In this document: positions 40,427 to 48,967 of the stretch, in pieces | Numbering within the stretch: the stretch's first letter is position 1 | Layout: every line of letters begins with the position of its first letter | Assembly: GCA_903953805.1 (NCBI GenBank) | Contig: CAJBLC010000052.1 | Span: forward strand, 1 to 62,392 | Reading direction: 5' to 3' | Source: an uncultured Actinomycetes bacterium | GTDB lineage: Bacteria > Actinomycetota > Actinomycetes > Nanopelagicales > Nanopelagicaceae | DNA: 62,392 nucleotides | The notes under the pieces: model-generated | Told to the model about the DNA's origin: nothing | Seen by the model: the letters and a program-made list of their open reading frames with translations, nothing else | Databases searched by the model: none | Made by a program: the position numbers and the translations under genes

Positions 40427-41176
40427 ATGACTCTCATCGAGGCCCTTCTGGCAGGTGGCTTTATCGGCTCGGTCTTGGGCTTTGTCGGCGCTGGCGGCGC
40501 CATGGTCTCGGTCCCGATCCTGCTCTATATCTTCCACTTCACCAACGAGGCGGCCACGATCGCCGCCCTGGTCATCGTGGGCCTTGCCGCTGCATCAGGA
40601 GTACTCCCTAAATTCAAGAGTAAAGAGGTGCTCGTGCGCGAGGCGGTCTCGATCTGGGCGATCGGACTTGTAACCACTCTCTCTATGACTGTCCTTGCAA
40701 CTCATATCAATGTCAAAGTTCTTCACTCAGCTTTTGCACTCGTGCTTGTTATCGCTGGTGCATCCATGCTGCGCGGACCCTTTAAAGCAAATCCAGAACG
40801 ACGCATGCCGGTGCCGGTACTTATTCTCATCTCACTCATTATTGGAACACTCACAGGTCTCTTCGGAATCGGCGGTGGATTTCTCGCGATACCAGTACTT
40901 GTCCTCTTCTATAACACGCCACAGAATAAAGCCGCAGGGACTTCACTCCTGATAATTGCGATGAATTGCACAACATCATTTCTTGAACGTTATAAGAGCT
41001 GGCATATCGTTGAGTGGAAGACTCCCTTTACGATCGCTCTCGTCGCCATCGTCGTCTCGCGCATTGCATCACAGAAAAGTGGAAAGGCGAATGCCAAGCT
41101 ACTCAAGAGCTCATTCGCTTATCTGCTCTTCAGCCTCTCGGCATTTACCTTGATCAAGACCTTTCTCTTAGCCTAA
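40427..41176 (+). CDS. TauE/SafE-family (sulfite/anion exporter-like) membrane protein
   Basis: 249 aa, about 8 TM helices, with repeated G-x-x-G-G-G motifs (VGAGGAMVSVPIL, FGIGGGFLAIPVL). Confidence 0.8.
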   Translation: MTLIEALLAGGFIGSVLGFVGAGGAMVSVPILLYIFHFTNEAATIAALVIVGLAAASGVLPKFKSKEVLVREAVSIWAIGLVTTLSMTVLATHINVKVLHSAFALVLVIAGASMLRGPFKANPERRMPVPVLILISLIIGTLTGLFGIGGGFLAIPVLVLFYNTPQNKAAGTSLLIIAMNCTTSFLERYKSWHIVEWKTPFTIALVAIVVSRIASQKSGKANAKLLKSSFAYLLFSLSAFTLIKTFLLA

Positions 41177-42121
41177 TTACTCTCCCGATCTTCGGTACCA
41201 ATTTCGCCAGATGAGTCGGTGAACTGGAATCCAATAAGGAATTCGTGAAATCACCGGAAGTACTGGCAACAGTAGAAGACCCAGACTTAGTACCCCCATC
41301 AATGACATCACCAGAATGTCGGCATTGCCCGAAGATTTGAATGGTTCGATCTGATACCACAGTGAGTAAAGCCAGAGCCATGACTGCCCCGGCCAGGATC
41401 CCGTCTCATTCATGACGCCCCATTGGTCTCCACTCAGATGTTGAGCAGCTGCTTTATCTGGGAAGTAACTTCCGCTATCGGCGAGAAAGAGAAGTGGTTT
41501 CGTAAAGTTGGTTGGCAACGTCGAGTCGCTTGTGGTGAGAGCGCCATCAAGGGCTCCTGTACTCGCCATCCCATAAAGTGAGGTGACGAGCGTCGGAACT
41601 GGTCCATATTTTCCGCTTGGATCTTTGAGCGAGAGCGATTTTCCATCTTTAGTGAGCGCATCAGAATAGGCGCTCGCCCATTTAGCCTGTACTTGTGCAG
41701 ATGCTGAGATCCACATCGATACCGCAGATTGGATCTTTGAATCACTCTGTGACTTCAGTGGTTCAATGACAAAGCTTTGTGCAGGATCGATTGGAATCCG
41801 AACGCCTGCAGCCTTAGAGAGATTGATGGGTCCAATATTCTGGCCTTCACCATTTTTGTTATAGGGCGGTCCATAACTTGCGCTCGTTGTCGTCCCAGCA
41901 AGTTCACCTGCAGTTGTCTGCACAAAATCTGCTGGTGCGGCTTTTGCCCACGACTGCATAGTGAGCGCCTTCTCATCAGGAGAGCTAAATACCGCAGCGA
42001 GAGTGAGTGCCAGAAATCCCACAACGACTACAGCGATGACAAACTCTTTAATCAAGTCATACTCGCGAACTGGACCATTCCACTTCTTTGAAGGGTCAAT
42101 TGTTGAAAGTTTACGACTCAC
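41177..42121 (-). CDS. membrane protein resembling a cytochrome b C-terminal / subunit IV module with a ~230-aa extracytoplasmic insertion
   Basis: 314 aa. The GTG start lies directly after the cytochrome b stop, with GGAGG upstream. An N-terminal TM helix follows NGPVREYDLIKEF. A long Ser/Thr/Ala/Gly-rich domain comes next, then WLWLYSLWYQIEPFKSSGNADILVMSLMGVLSLGLLLLPVLP. It has no Cys, so no heme c site. Confidence 0.55.
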   Translation of the reverse strand: MSRKLSTIDPSKKWNGPVREYDLIKEFVIAVVVVGFLALTLAAVFSSPDEKALTMQSWAKAAPADFVQTTAGELAGTTTSASYGPPYNKNGEGQNIGPINLSKAAGVRIPIDPAQSFVIEPLKSQSDSKIQSAVSMWISASAQVQAKWASAYSDALTKDGKSLSLKDPSGKYGPVPTLVTSLYGMASTGALDGALTTSDSTLPTNFTKPLLFLADSGSYFPDKAAAQHLSGDQWGVMNETGSWPGQSWLWLYSLWYQIEPFKSSGNADILVMSLMGVLSLGLLLLPVLPVISRIPYWIPVHRLIWRNWYRRSGE

Positions 42122-42123
42122 TT

Positions 42124-42747
42124 TTACTTACCTCCCTCTTCAATAGGAGGGACGACGCCTTTGCGACGCACCAATATGACATGCCAGACAACAATAAATC
42201 CGAGAGTGAGCGGTAGAAGAGAGACATGAAGGAGAATCGCCTGTCCGGTATTCAAGGTATTAAAGAATGCTCCAATGCCCATCGCGTTAAATCCATCTTT
42301 AGCCTGCGTGGCAATCCATTGCGAATCAAAATTAGTCTGGATGATGTAACCGGTAAAGCCAGTAATTATTGAGGCGAAGAAAGCGAGGCAGCCAGTCACC
42401 CACGTTGCTAGGCGCCGGCCGCGCCAAGCCGCCATCCAGAACTTCCCCCAGAGGTGCACCACCATGAAGACGAAGAAGAGTTCAACGCTCCACAAGTGAA
42501 CAGAGTTCACATAATGCCCCACCTTTGAAGAATGCCACCAAGCCGGTCCTTCTAAAGTGAGATAGAGGCCGGATGCAATCAACATGACAAAGGCCGCGAG
42601 CGTGGCAACTCCAAAGATGTAGATCCACGAGGCGACATATGCTGGTTGGTGATCAGGAAGGAGATCTTCAGGTTCAAACTTTTCGATCGTTGCCATCCGC
42701 ACTCGACTTGTCCACGATCGTTGTGGGGTCACCTTTTGAGTGCTCAT
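42124..42747 (-). CDS. cytochrome b (N-terminal, di-heme four-helix domain; b6-like)
   Basis: 207 aa. SVHLWSVELFFVFMVVHLWG gives His-x13-His, and LLHVSLLPLTLGFIVVWHV gives His-x14-His. It also has a WVTG...FTGY motif. Confidence 0.85.
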   Translation of the reverse strand: MSTQKVTPQRSWTSRVRMATIEKFEPEDLLPDHQPAYVASWIYIFGVATLAAFVMLIASGLYLTLEGPAWWHSSKVGHYVNSVHLWSVELFFVFMVVHLWGKFWMAAWRGRRLATWVTGCLAFFASIITGFTGYIIQTNFDSQWIATQAKDGFNAMGIGAFFNTLNTGQAILLHVSLLPLTLGFIVVWHVILVRRKGVVPPIEEGGK

Positions 42748-42941
42748 TGGTGCATTCCTCTCTTTATCCTCACGCCAGAAGGTGATCTGTGTTCGGGGAA
42801 TGGGGCAAAGAGCGCGATCGTGAAAATAACCGCCATTGCAATAATGATGGAGAGATTGCCGATAGATACTGAAACTGGCCCGATCGAGAGATAGTGGGCT
42901 GGATGATTGAGATTAATTTCTGCGAATCGGTTGATACTCAT
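42744..42941 (-). CDS. small single-TM protein translationally coupled to cytochrome b
   Basis: 65 aa. GAGAGGGAG lies upstream of the ATG. Its stop overlaps the cytochrome b start (ATGA). One TM helix: LSIIIAMAVIFTIALFA. Confidence 0.55.
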   Translation of the reverse strand: MSINRFAEINLNHPAHYLSIGPVSVSIGNLSIIIAMAVIFTIALFAPFPEHRSPSGVRIKRGMHQ

Positions 42942-43097
42942 TGCTAGAGCTCCCTCTCAGATTGCCTAAAAGAAATACTAGGTATTGACGACGCTACTCC
43001 GATATAGGAAAATTTTTATGAAGTTCATCTACTAAACCCTTGGGCTAGCACTCAAAAGAGAGCACAATGGGGTCAAACCACTAGAAAGGAAAGTTCC

Positions 43098-43412
43098 ATG
43101 GACATCATCATTCTTTCTCGCGAACTCACACCTTTTGAACATTTAGTTGCAAAACATCTGTGTGACGGCAAATCGAATGCCGCAATAGCTCGCGAAACTG
43201 CACATACTGAGAAGGTCATTGAAAATACTGTCTCGAGAATGGCGAGGGCTTTCAATATCCTCTCAGGACCCGAGGTCAATCTCCGGGTATTACTCGCACT
43301 TGCATATCGCGCGCAATTTGGCGATGGCTCCTTCGACAAACTTGGAGTCGATTGCAGTCATGCTGAGGTTGGAGCTGACGGTAGAAAGTATTGCAACCTG
43401 CACATCGATTAA
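43098..43412 (+). CDS. LuxR/GerE-family HTH protein without a receiver or ligand domain (LuxR solo)
   Basis: 104 aa. LTPFEHLVAKHLCDGKSNAAIARETAHTEKVIENTVSRMARAF is a GerE-type HTH. The C-terminal tail is DCSHAEVGADGRKYCNLH. The RBS is GAAAGGAAAG. Confidence 0.8.
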   Translation: MDIIILSRELTPFEHLVAKHLCDGKSNAAIARETAHTEKVIENTVSRMARAFNILSGPEVNLRVLLALAYRAQFGDGSFDKLGVDCSHAEVGADGRKYCNLHID

Positions 43413-43444
43413 CTTTCCCCGCTCGCTTCAGATAAACTGCGGCA

Positions 43445-44233
43445 ATGTTTGAACTGTGGCACCAGAAAATGGGAAGTGGCGAACCGCTCCTCCTCGTTCA
43501 TGGCATGGGCTCTTCTCATGATGCCTGGAAGTTGATCACGCCAGAGTTGTCGAAACACCACGAAGTTGTCATTCTCGATCTCCCTGGACATGGCGCCAGC
43601 AAGATGCCCGGTGGAACACGTATGGACCCGCGCTCGCTTGGTGAGTTAGTTATTTCTCAGATGAAACATTGGGGTTACGACCAATTTCACGTTGCTGGAA
43701 ATTCCCTTGGTGGCTGGGCTGCACTTGAGATGGCAGCAGCTTCTCCGAAGGTCATTCAATCTGTCACCGGCCTTGCTCCAGCAGGACTCTGGTTAGTTCC
43801 TGAGACTGAACGAAAGTCGCTGGGAGCTCTCTCTCGATATATGGCACAGACGACACATCCGATTGCTCCGCACCTACTCAAATATCGCTGGGCAAAGAAG
43901 ATGGGCTTTGGAATGGTGAGCCCGCAATGGGAATCGTTACCACTAGAGATATGTATTGATGCAGCGAAGGCTATGGGAACGTCACTCGGCTACTTCCCCG
44001 CTTGGGATGCGATGCTCGGACTTCGTTTTGATAAAGAGATTTCTCCCGACATTCCGATAACGATTCTCTTTGGCGATACCGATAACACCCTTCCTGCTCA
44101 ATTTTCTCAAGAGCGATCACTCGTACCTCCGCACTCTCGCTGGGTTGTGCTTCCAGAATCTGGGCATGCACCGATGTGGGATCGACCAGCAGAGGTAGTT
44201 GCCGAAATTCTCCACACCACCTCTCAGGCATAA
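43445..44233 (+). CDS. alpha/beta-fold hydrolase
   Basis: 262 aa. Contains LLLVHGMGSS, the nucleophile elbow GNSLGG, and a C-terminal GH. Confidence 0.85.
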   Translation: MFELWHQKMGSGEPLLLVHGMGSSHDAWKLITPELSKHHEVVILDLPGHGASKMPGGTRMDPRSLGELVISQMKHWGYDQFHVAGNSLGGWAALEMAAASPKVIQSVTGLAPAGLWLVPETERKSLGALSRYMAQTTHPIAPHLLKYRWAKKMGFGMVSPQWESLPLEICIDAAKAMGTSLGYFPAWDAMLGLRFDKEISPDIPITILFGDTDNTLPAQFSQERSLVPPHSRWVVLPESGHAPMWDRPAEVVAEILHTTSQA

Positions 44234-44242
44234 ACCACAACC

Positions 44243-44911
44243 ATGAAAAGTTATTTCTTCATCTGGAAGATCTCTCGCAGACAGATTCCTCGTGCGCTTT
44301 TTCACATGGCGTTTGATCGATTCGCACTTGGTAAGAATTCTCAGATTACATTCTTCAAATCATTGGGCGCAGGCGCTGGAAAAACATTTACACCAAATGA
44401 TGCCGACCCTCTTACCTGGGCCCTTGTGATCTCAACTGTCGAACCCATTCAAGATTTCTCGCGCCTCGCACCGATCGCCGCTTGGCGTTCATTCTCGCAA
44501 TCGGAAGAGTTCTTTGAACTCGAAGCGATCTCCTCCCATGGACAGTGGGCAAAGATGGAGCCATTCCTATCGACCCGCGGTGGAGATTGGAATGGCGAAG
44601 TCGCAACAATTACCAGAGCAAGAATTGCATGGCGTGAAAATTTACGATTCTGGCGAGCCGTTCCACCAGTTACTGAATCTTTGCTCGGAAATGACGGATT
44701 GATCAGTACCATTGGAATCGGTGAGGCACCGATTGGTCTGCAAGGCACCTTCTCGCATTGGCGATCACAGGAAGCGCTCCGAACCTTCGCCTATCAGAGT
44801 GAGGCCCACAAACGAGCAATTGCACAGACGGCTGAGCGCCACTGGTACAAGGAAGAGCTCTTTGCCCGATTTGCAGTGATTAATCATTACACGCGGACTC
44901 TGCCGAGATAA
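44243..44911 (+). CDS. CrtA (spheroidene monooxygenase)-like protein, putative carotenoid oxygenase
   Basis: 222 aa. FFKSLGAGAGKTFTPNDADPLTWALV resembles the FFKLLGSGTG.GFTP core that I recall from CrtA-family proteins. It sits in carotenoid gene context. The assignment is from memory and needs an HMM check. Confidence 0.5.
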   Translation: MKSYFFIWKISRRQIPRALFHMAFDRFALGKNSQITFFKSLGAGAGKTFTPNDADPLTWALVISTVEPIQDFSRLAPIAAWRSFSQSEEFFELEAISSHGQWAKMEPFLSTRGGDWNGEVATITRARIAWRENLRFWRAVPPVTESLLGNDGLISTIGIGEAPIGLQGTFSHWRSQEALRTFAYQSEAHKRAIAQTAERHWYKEELFARFAVINHYTRTLPR

Positions 44912-44948
44912 GGTCCACAACCAGCCCGCGGTGAGGCAGAATTGAACC

Positions 44949-45761
44949 ATGTCGATTCGCCAATACCGGCCGCGCACGAGGAGCAAACGCCTCCTCTCGG
45001 GTAAGCGAGCGCTCCTTCTTAACGCACTCTTTATCTCAACGATTCTACTGATGATCACCTACCCACTTGTCCATGGTGATTCTCTGCGCCTTATAACTAT
45101 TGCAACAGTCGTTTGTGGATCGCTGACGATGGTTGTCCATTCGAACTTCGCTTTCGGAACTCGCTTCGCACTCACTCTCTTCGCTCTCACCACTCTCTTT
45201 GCACTTGGCGTGGAGATCATAGGAACAAAGACAAGTTGGCCCTTTGGTGCATATAGCTATAACCACTCATTGGGTTACGCAGTTGGATCGGTACCGTTAC
45301 TTGTTCCACTTGCTTGGCTGATGATGAGTTATCCCATTCTCATCGCGGCTCGGAGAGTGGGTAAGAGTTGGGTATTTCTCTACGGTGGACTTGGTTTAAT
45401 GGCCTGGGATCTCTTCATGGATCCACAAATGGTGAGCGCACATCGCTGGACCTGGGCTCCCCACAAAACATCACTTCCCTTTGCGCCAGAGATTCCGCTC
45501 TCCAATAGCGCAGGGTGGTTATTCGCAGGAATGGGTCTTATGGCGCTCCTGCATTGGGCGCTTCCACACGATCGCAGGAAGAATGGCGCGCCTCTTCTGA
45601 TCCCTAATGCCTTTCTCGGATGGGCGCTCTTCTCTGGCATCGTCGGAAACCTCTTCTTCTTCCATCGACCAGGTGTGGCTCTACTTGGTGGGGTCGTATT
45701 TGGTGCGGTCCTTGCTCCTTATTTCTTCGTGCTGCGCTTTGGAAGACCCGATACCTTTTAA
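44949..45761 (+). CDS. carotenoid biosynthesis membrane protein (DUF422/CruF-like carotenoid 1,2-hydratase family)
   Basis: 270 aa polytopic protein with GTKTSWPFGAYSYNHSLG and PLLVPLAWLMM motifs. It lies between CrtA-like and GT2. Confidence 0.65.
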   Translation: MSIRQYRPRTRSKRLLSGKRALLLNALFISTILLMITYPLVHGDSLRLITIATVVCGSLTMVVHSNFAFGTRFALTLFALTTLFALGVEIIGTKTSWPFGAYSYNHSLGYAVGSVPLLVPLAWLMMSYPILIAARRVGKSWVFLYGGLGLMAWDLFMDPQMVSAHRWTWAPHKTSLPFAPEIPLSNSAGWLFAGMGLMALLHWALPHDRRKNGAPLLIPNAFLGWALFSGIVGNLFFFHRPGVALLGGVVFGAVLAPYFFVLRFGRPDTF

Positions 45762-45767
45762 CACCTT

Positions 45768-46853
45768 ATGAAGAATCTTCTCCTTCTTTCAACACTTCTG
45801 ACCGGCATCTCTCTTCTTATTTCTCTCATCAATTACTTCACTATGCGGGTAGTGCGGAGTTCCGATGCGATCATTTCTGAGAGCGTATCCATACTCATTC
45901 CGATGAGGAATGAAGAAGTGAATGTCGAACCACTTCTTCAATCGCTATTAGCAACGCAGAATCTAAATAATTTTGAAATCACAGTTCTCAATGATCATTC
46001 CGAAGATCAGACCTATGATCATCTGCAGAAATTCGCGGCGAATATCTCAATACTCAACGGTCGCGAACTTCCTGAGGGCTGGATGGGTAAGCCATTTGCC
46101 TGCCACCAATTAGCCGAAAGTTCGCTCTCTGAATACCTAGTCTTCCTGGATGCTGATGTTCGTCCATCACCTTCTGCTATAAGTTCTGCAATTAGTGTGA
46201 TGCGCACGCTCAATTGGGATTTCATCTCTCCTTATCCTGCACAGACTGCACGTACGAAGGTCATGAAACTGATTCAACCTCTCCTCCAATGGTCCTGGTT
46301 TTCAAGTGTTCCGTTGCGCATCGCTGAATCGGGTCGTCAGAGCTCGATGGTCATCGCAAATGGTCAATTCTTTATTGTTAAGCGACAAGCCTACGAGTCA
46401 ATCAAGGGTCATGAATCGGTGAAGGCAGAGGTGCTTGAAGATCTCTGCTTGGCAAGAGCTCTCGCGAGCGCGGGTTTCAAAGGTGGTGTCGCCGATGGCA
46501 GCACAGTGGTTACCTGCTCAATGTATGAACGCAATGTTGATCTCATAACTGGATATACCAAGTCGCTCTGGAAAGCATTCGGTGGGGTAATTGGAACCAT
46601 CTTTGCAATACTCCTTTTGGCGCTCACCCAAATCGTCCCTCTTTTACTCCTTCTAACTGGAGAACGTTGGGCGATAATCCCATTTGCATGTGCGGGACTT
46701 ACCCATGTTTTCGCTTCAATGAAAACTGGTTCTCGCCCGGTGAATGCCCTCACTCATCCCGTTGCGATCGCGCTCCTTATTCTCTTGATCTGTGAGTCGT
46801 ATCGCCGCAAACTCGTGGGCCGATTGGAATGGCGAGGTCGTAGAGTTCTCTAA
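45768..46853 (+). CDS. family-2 glycosyltransferase (CrtQ/CruC-like carotenoid glycosyltransferase candidate)
   Basis: 361 aa. Contains VSILIPMRNEE, FLDADV and C-terminal TM helices. Confidence 0.7.
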   Translation: MKNLLLLSTLLTGISLLISLINYFTMRVVRSSDAIISESVSILIPMRNEEVNVEPLLQSLLATQNLNNFEITVLNDHSEDQTYDHLQKFAANISILNGRELPEGWMGKPFACHQLAESSLSEYLVFLDADVRPSPSAISSAISVMRTLNWDFISPYPAQTARTKVMKLIQPLLQWSWFSSVPLRIAESGRQSSMVIANGQFFIVKRQAYESIKGHESVKAEVLEDLCLARALASAGFKGGVADGSTVVTCSMYERNVDLITGYTKSLWKAFGGVIGTIFAILLLALTQIVPLLLLLTGERWAIIPFACAGLTHVFASMKTGSRPVNALTHPVAIALLILLICESYRRKLVGRLEWRGRRVL

Positions 46854-48391
46854 TGCGCAAGGTCATAGTTATTGGAGCGGGGATGGGCGGCATGGCCGCT
46901 GCCGCTCGGTTAGCAAGAGCTGGCTTTGCGGTGGAGATCTTCGAGTCATCTGATCGCGTCGGCGGTAAGTGTCGAACCGAGTGGATCGGAGATTATGCCT
47001 TTGACACGGGGCCATCTCTCTTGACACTGCCTGCCGTTTACCGAGATCTCTTTAAAAAGACTGGTAAGCGATTAGAACTAGTCAAAAAATTGCAGCCTGT
47101 TGATCCGGCATTTACATATACCTTCGCTGATGGAAAGACCCTTACCTTTCCAAATCTCTCATTGCCCGATATCTGCAAAGAGATCGATCGAGTCTTGGGC
47201 AAAGAGGCGGGCGATCAATGGCACGCCTTGATGCAGCAGGCAGAGAATATGTGGGATGCCGCCCGCGGACCTTTCATAGAGTCAGAACTCCCAACGCTCT
47301 TCGAATTGATTCGCCGCAAAGGATTTATCAAAGATCTTAAGCGCATCGCGCCACTTACAACCCTTGATGAGTTCACAGCGAAGTTCACCTCAAATCCATA
47401 CCTCACCAAGATCATTCATCGATATGCCACCTACACCGGCTCTGACCCGCGTGAAGTCCCAGCGGTTCTACTCACGATTGCTTTTGTAGAGATAACTTTT
47501 GGAGCATGGCATATCCAAGGTGGAATCGGTACCTTGGCCGAAGCGCTGGGCGAGCGTTGCAAAGAACTTGGCGTTGTTATTCATCTCAATGCGCCCGCCG
47601 AAAAGATTGAATTATCATCGGGAACCGCCACTGGCGTGCTCATTAATGGTGAGCTTCATTCCGCTGATTACATAATCTCTAATGCAGATTCTGAAATCAC
47701 CTTCAATCAGTTGATCGCCAAGGATGAGAGGCGAGCTCAACCAGAGCGTAAAAAATTGGCACGTTCCGAGAAGTCTTTCTCGGGATTCTCCTTGTTGCTT
47801 GGACTCGATAATTCAAAGATCTCAGGCGATATCCCAGTACTCACGCATCACAATGTCTTTTTCCCAGAGGATTACTCTCGAGAGTTCGACCAGCTCTTCA
47901 AAGAGAAGAGTTCGGTATCTGATCCAACGATCTACATTTGCGCACCTCGCGATCCAGATATGGTGAAGGGTGATAACAAGGAGTTGAAAGAGGCTTGGTT
48001 CGTGCTAGTCAACGCACCACTGCATGATCCAGAACACGGCTTTAACTGGCAGGAAGATCCAGAGACATATGCCACCTCGATCGTAAAGAAATTGGATGCG
48101 CTGGGATTAAGAGTCTCCGAGCGGTTAGATCTGTTGGAGATACGGACTCCATATCATCTAGAACAATCTGTCTCTGCTCCGGGTGGGTCAATCTATGGAC
48201 GTTCCAGCAACGGTAAACGCGCAGCATTCTTGAGAACAAAGAACAAAAGTACGATCAAGAATCTCTACTCCGTTGGAGGTTCGGCACACCCTGGAGGCGG
48301 ACTTCCCTTAGTTGGAATTAGCGGTGAATTAGTCGCTGAATCAATTATCGCTGCGCAGGGCGGCGTAGGTATCCCGAAGGACCATCACTAA
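46853..48391 (+). CDS. phytoene-desaturase-family FAD oxidoreductase (CrtD/CrtO-like carotenoid desaturase or ketolase)
   Basis: 512 aa. Contains VIVIGAGMGGMAAAARLARAG and a C-terminal GGSAHPGGGLP. It is a paralogue of the CrtI at 50952. Confidence 0.8.
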   Translation: MRKVIVIGAGMGGMAAAARLARAGFAVEIFESSDRVGGKCRTEWIGDYAFDTGPSLLTLPAVYRDLFKKTGKRLELVKKLQPVDPAFTYTFADGKTLTFPNLSLPDICKEIDRVLGKEAGDQWHALMQQAENMWDAARGPFIESELPTLFELIRRKGFIKDLKRIAPLTTLDEFTAKFTSNPYLTKIIHRYATYTGSDPREVPAVLLTIAFVEITFGAWHIQGGIGTLAEALGERCKELGVVIHLNAPAEKIELSSGTATGVLINGELHSADYIISNADSEITFNQLIAKDERRAQPERKKLARSEKSFSGFSLLLGLDNSKISGDIPVLTHHNVFFPEDYSREFDQLFKEKSSVSDPTIYICAPRDPDMVKGDNKELKEAWFVLVNAPLHDPEHGFNWQEDPETYATSIVKKLDALGLRVSERLDLLEIRTPYHLEQSVSAPGGSIYGRSSNGKRAAFLRTKNKSTIKNLYSVGGSAHPGGGLPLVGISGELVAESIIAAQGGVGIPKDHH

Positions 48392-48967
48392 CGAGATCAT
48401 TTGCACGACTAGCCACATTGACGCAATCACGCCCGTGAAGTGGAACGTAAGAACGTGCATGAGAAGTGCTACTGCCAAGAAGATCGCCCTCACTGGCCGT
48501 TCAGAAAGCGTGATAACTCCAATGGTTCGGTAACCGACTCCTGCAGCTCTCGCCCGCACGTATTCTTGGATGAAGGCCGACAACCAGGCCACTGCCACAA
48601 CCGCTATTGGTGCGCCGATTGCAATAAAAGCAAGTGCCCAGAAAAATTCGACAACTCGATCAACCACTGAATCTAACTCAGCGCCCCATCTACTTGTTCT
48701 CTGAGAAGCAATCGCCAAAGATCCATCGATTCCATCTGCAATAAGCGAGAGTACGAGAAAGAGAATCGCTATTGGATGCGAAGCTCGCTGCCAGGTCAAG
48801 AATCCCAAAATCAAACCGGCATACGTCACTAAATCTGGCGTGATGCGCAGACGTATGAGTGGCTTGATGAGGATGTATGAGATTCTGAGCCAACCTTTTA
48901 CAAATCCAGATATTTCTGCTCCACCATGGAGCTCACTCCACTCGGTAAGAAAATTATCGAGATCCAC
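48341..48967 (-). CDS. CDP-alcohol phosphatidyltransferase family protein
   Basis: 208 aa polytopic protein. ADGIDGSLAIASQRTSRWGAELDSVVDRV is a variant of DG-x2-AR-x8-G-x3-D-x3-D. It overlaps the metF stop by 14 nt. Confidence 0.7.
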   Translation of the reverse strand: MDLDNFLTEWSELHGGAEISGFVKGWLRISYILIKPLIRLRITPDLVTYAGLILGFLTWQRASHPIAILFLVLSLIADGIDGSLAIASQRTSRWGAELDSVVDRVVEFFWALAFIAIGAPIAVVAVAWLSAFIQEYVRARAAGVGYRTIGVITLSERPVRAIFLAVALLMHVLTFHFTGVIASMWLVVQMISLVMVLRDTYAALRSDN

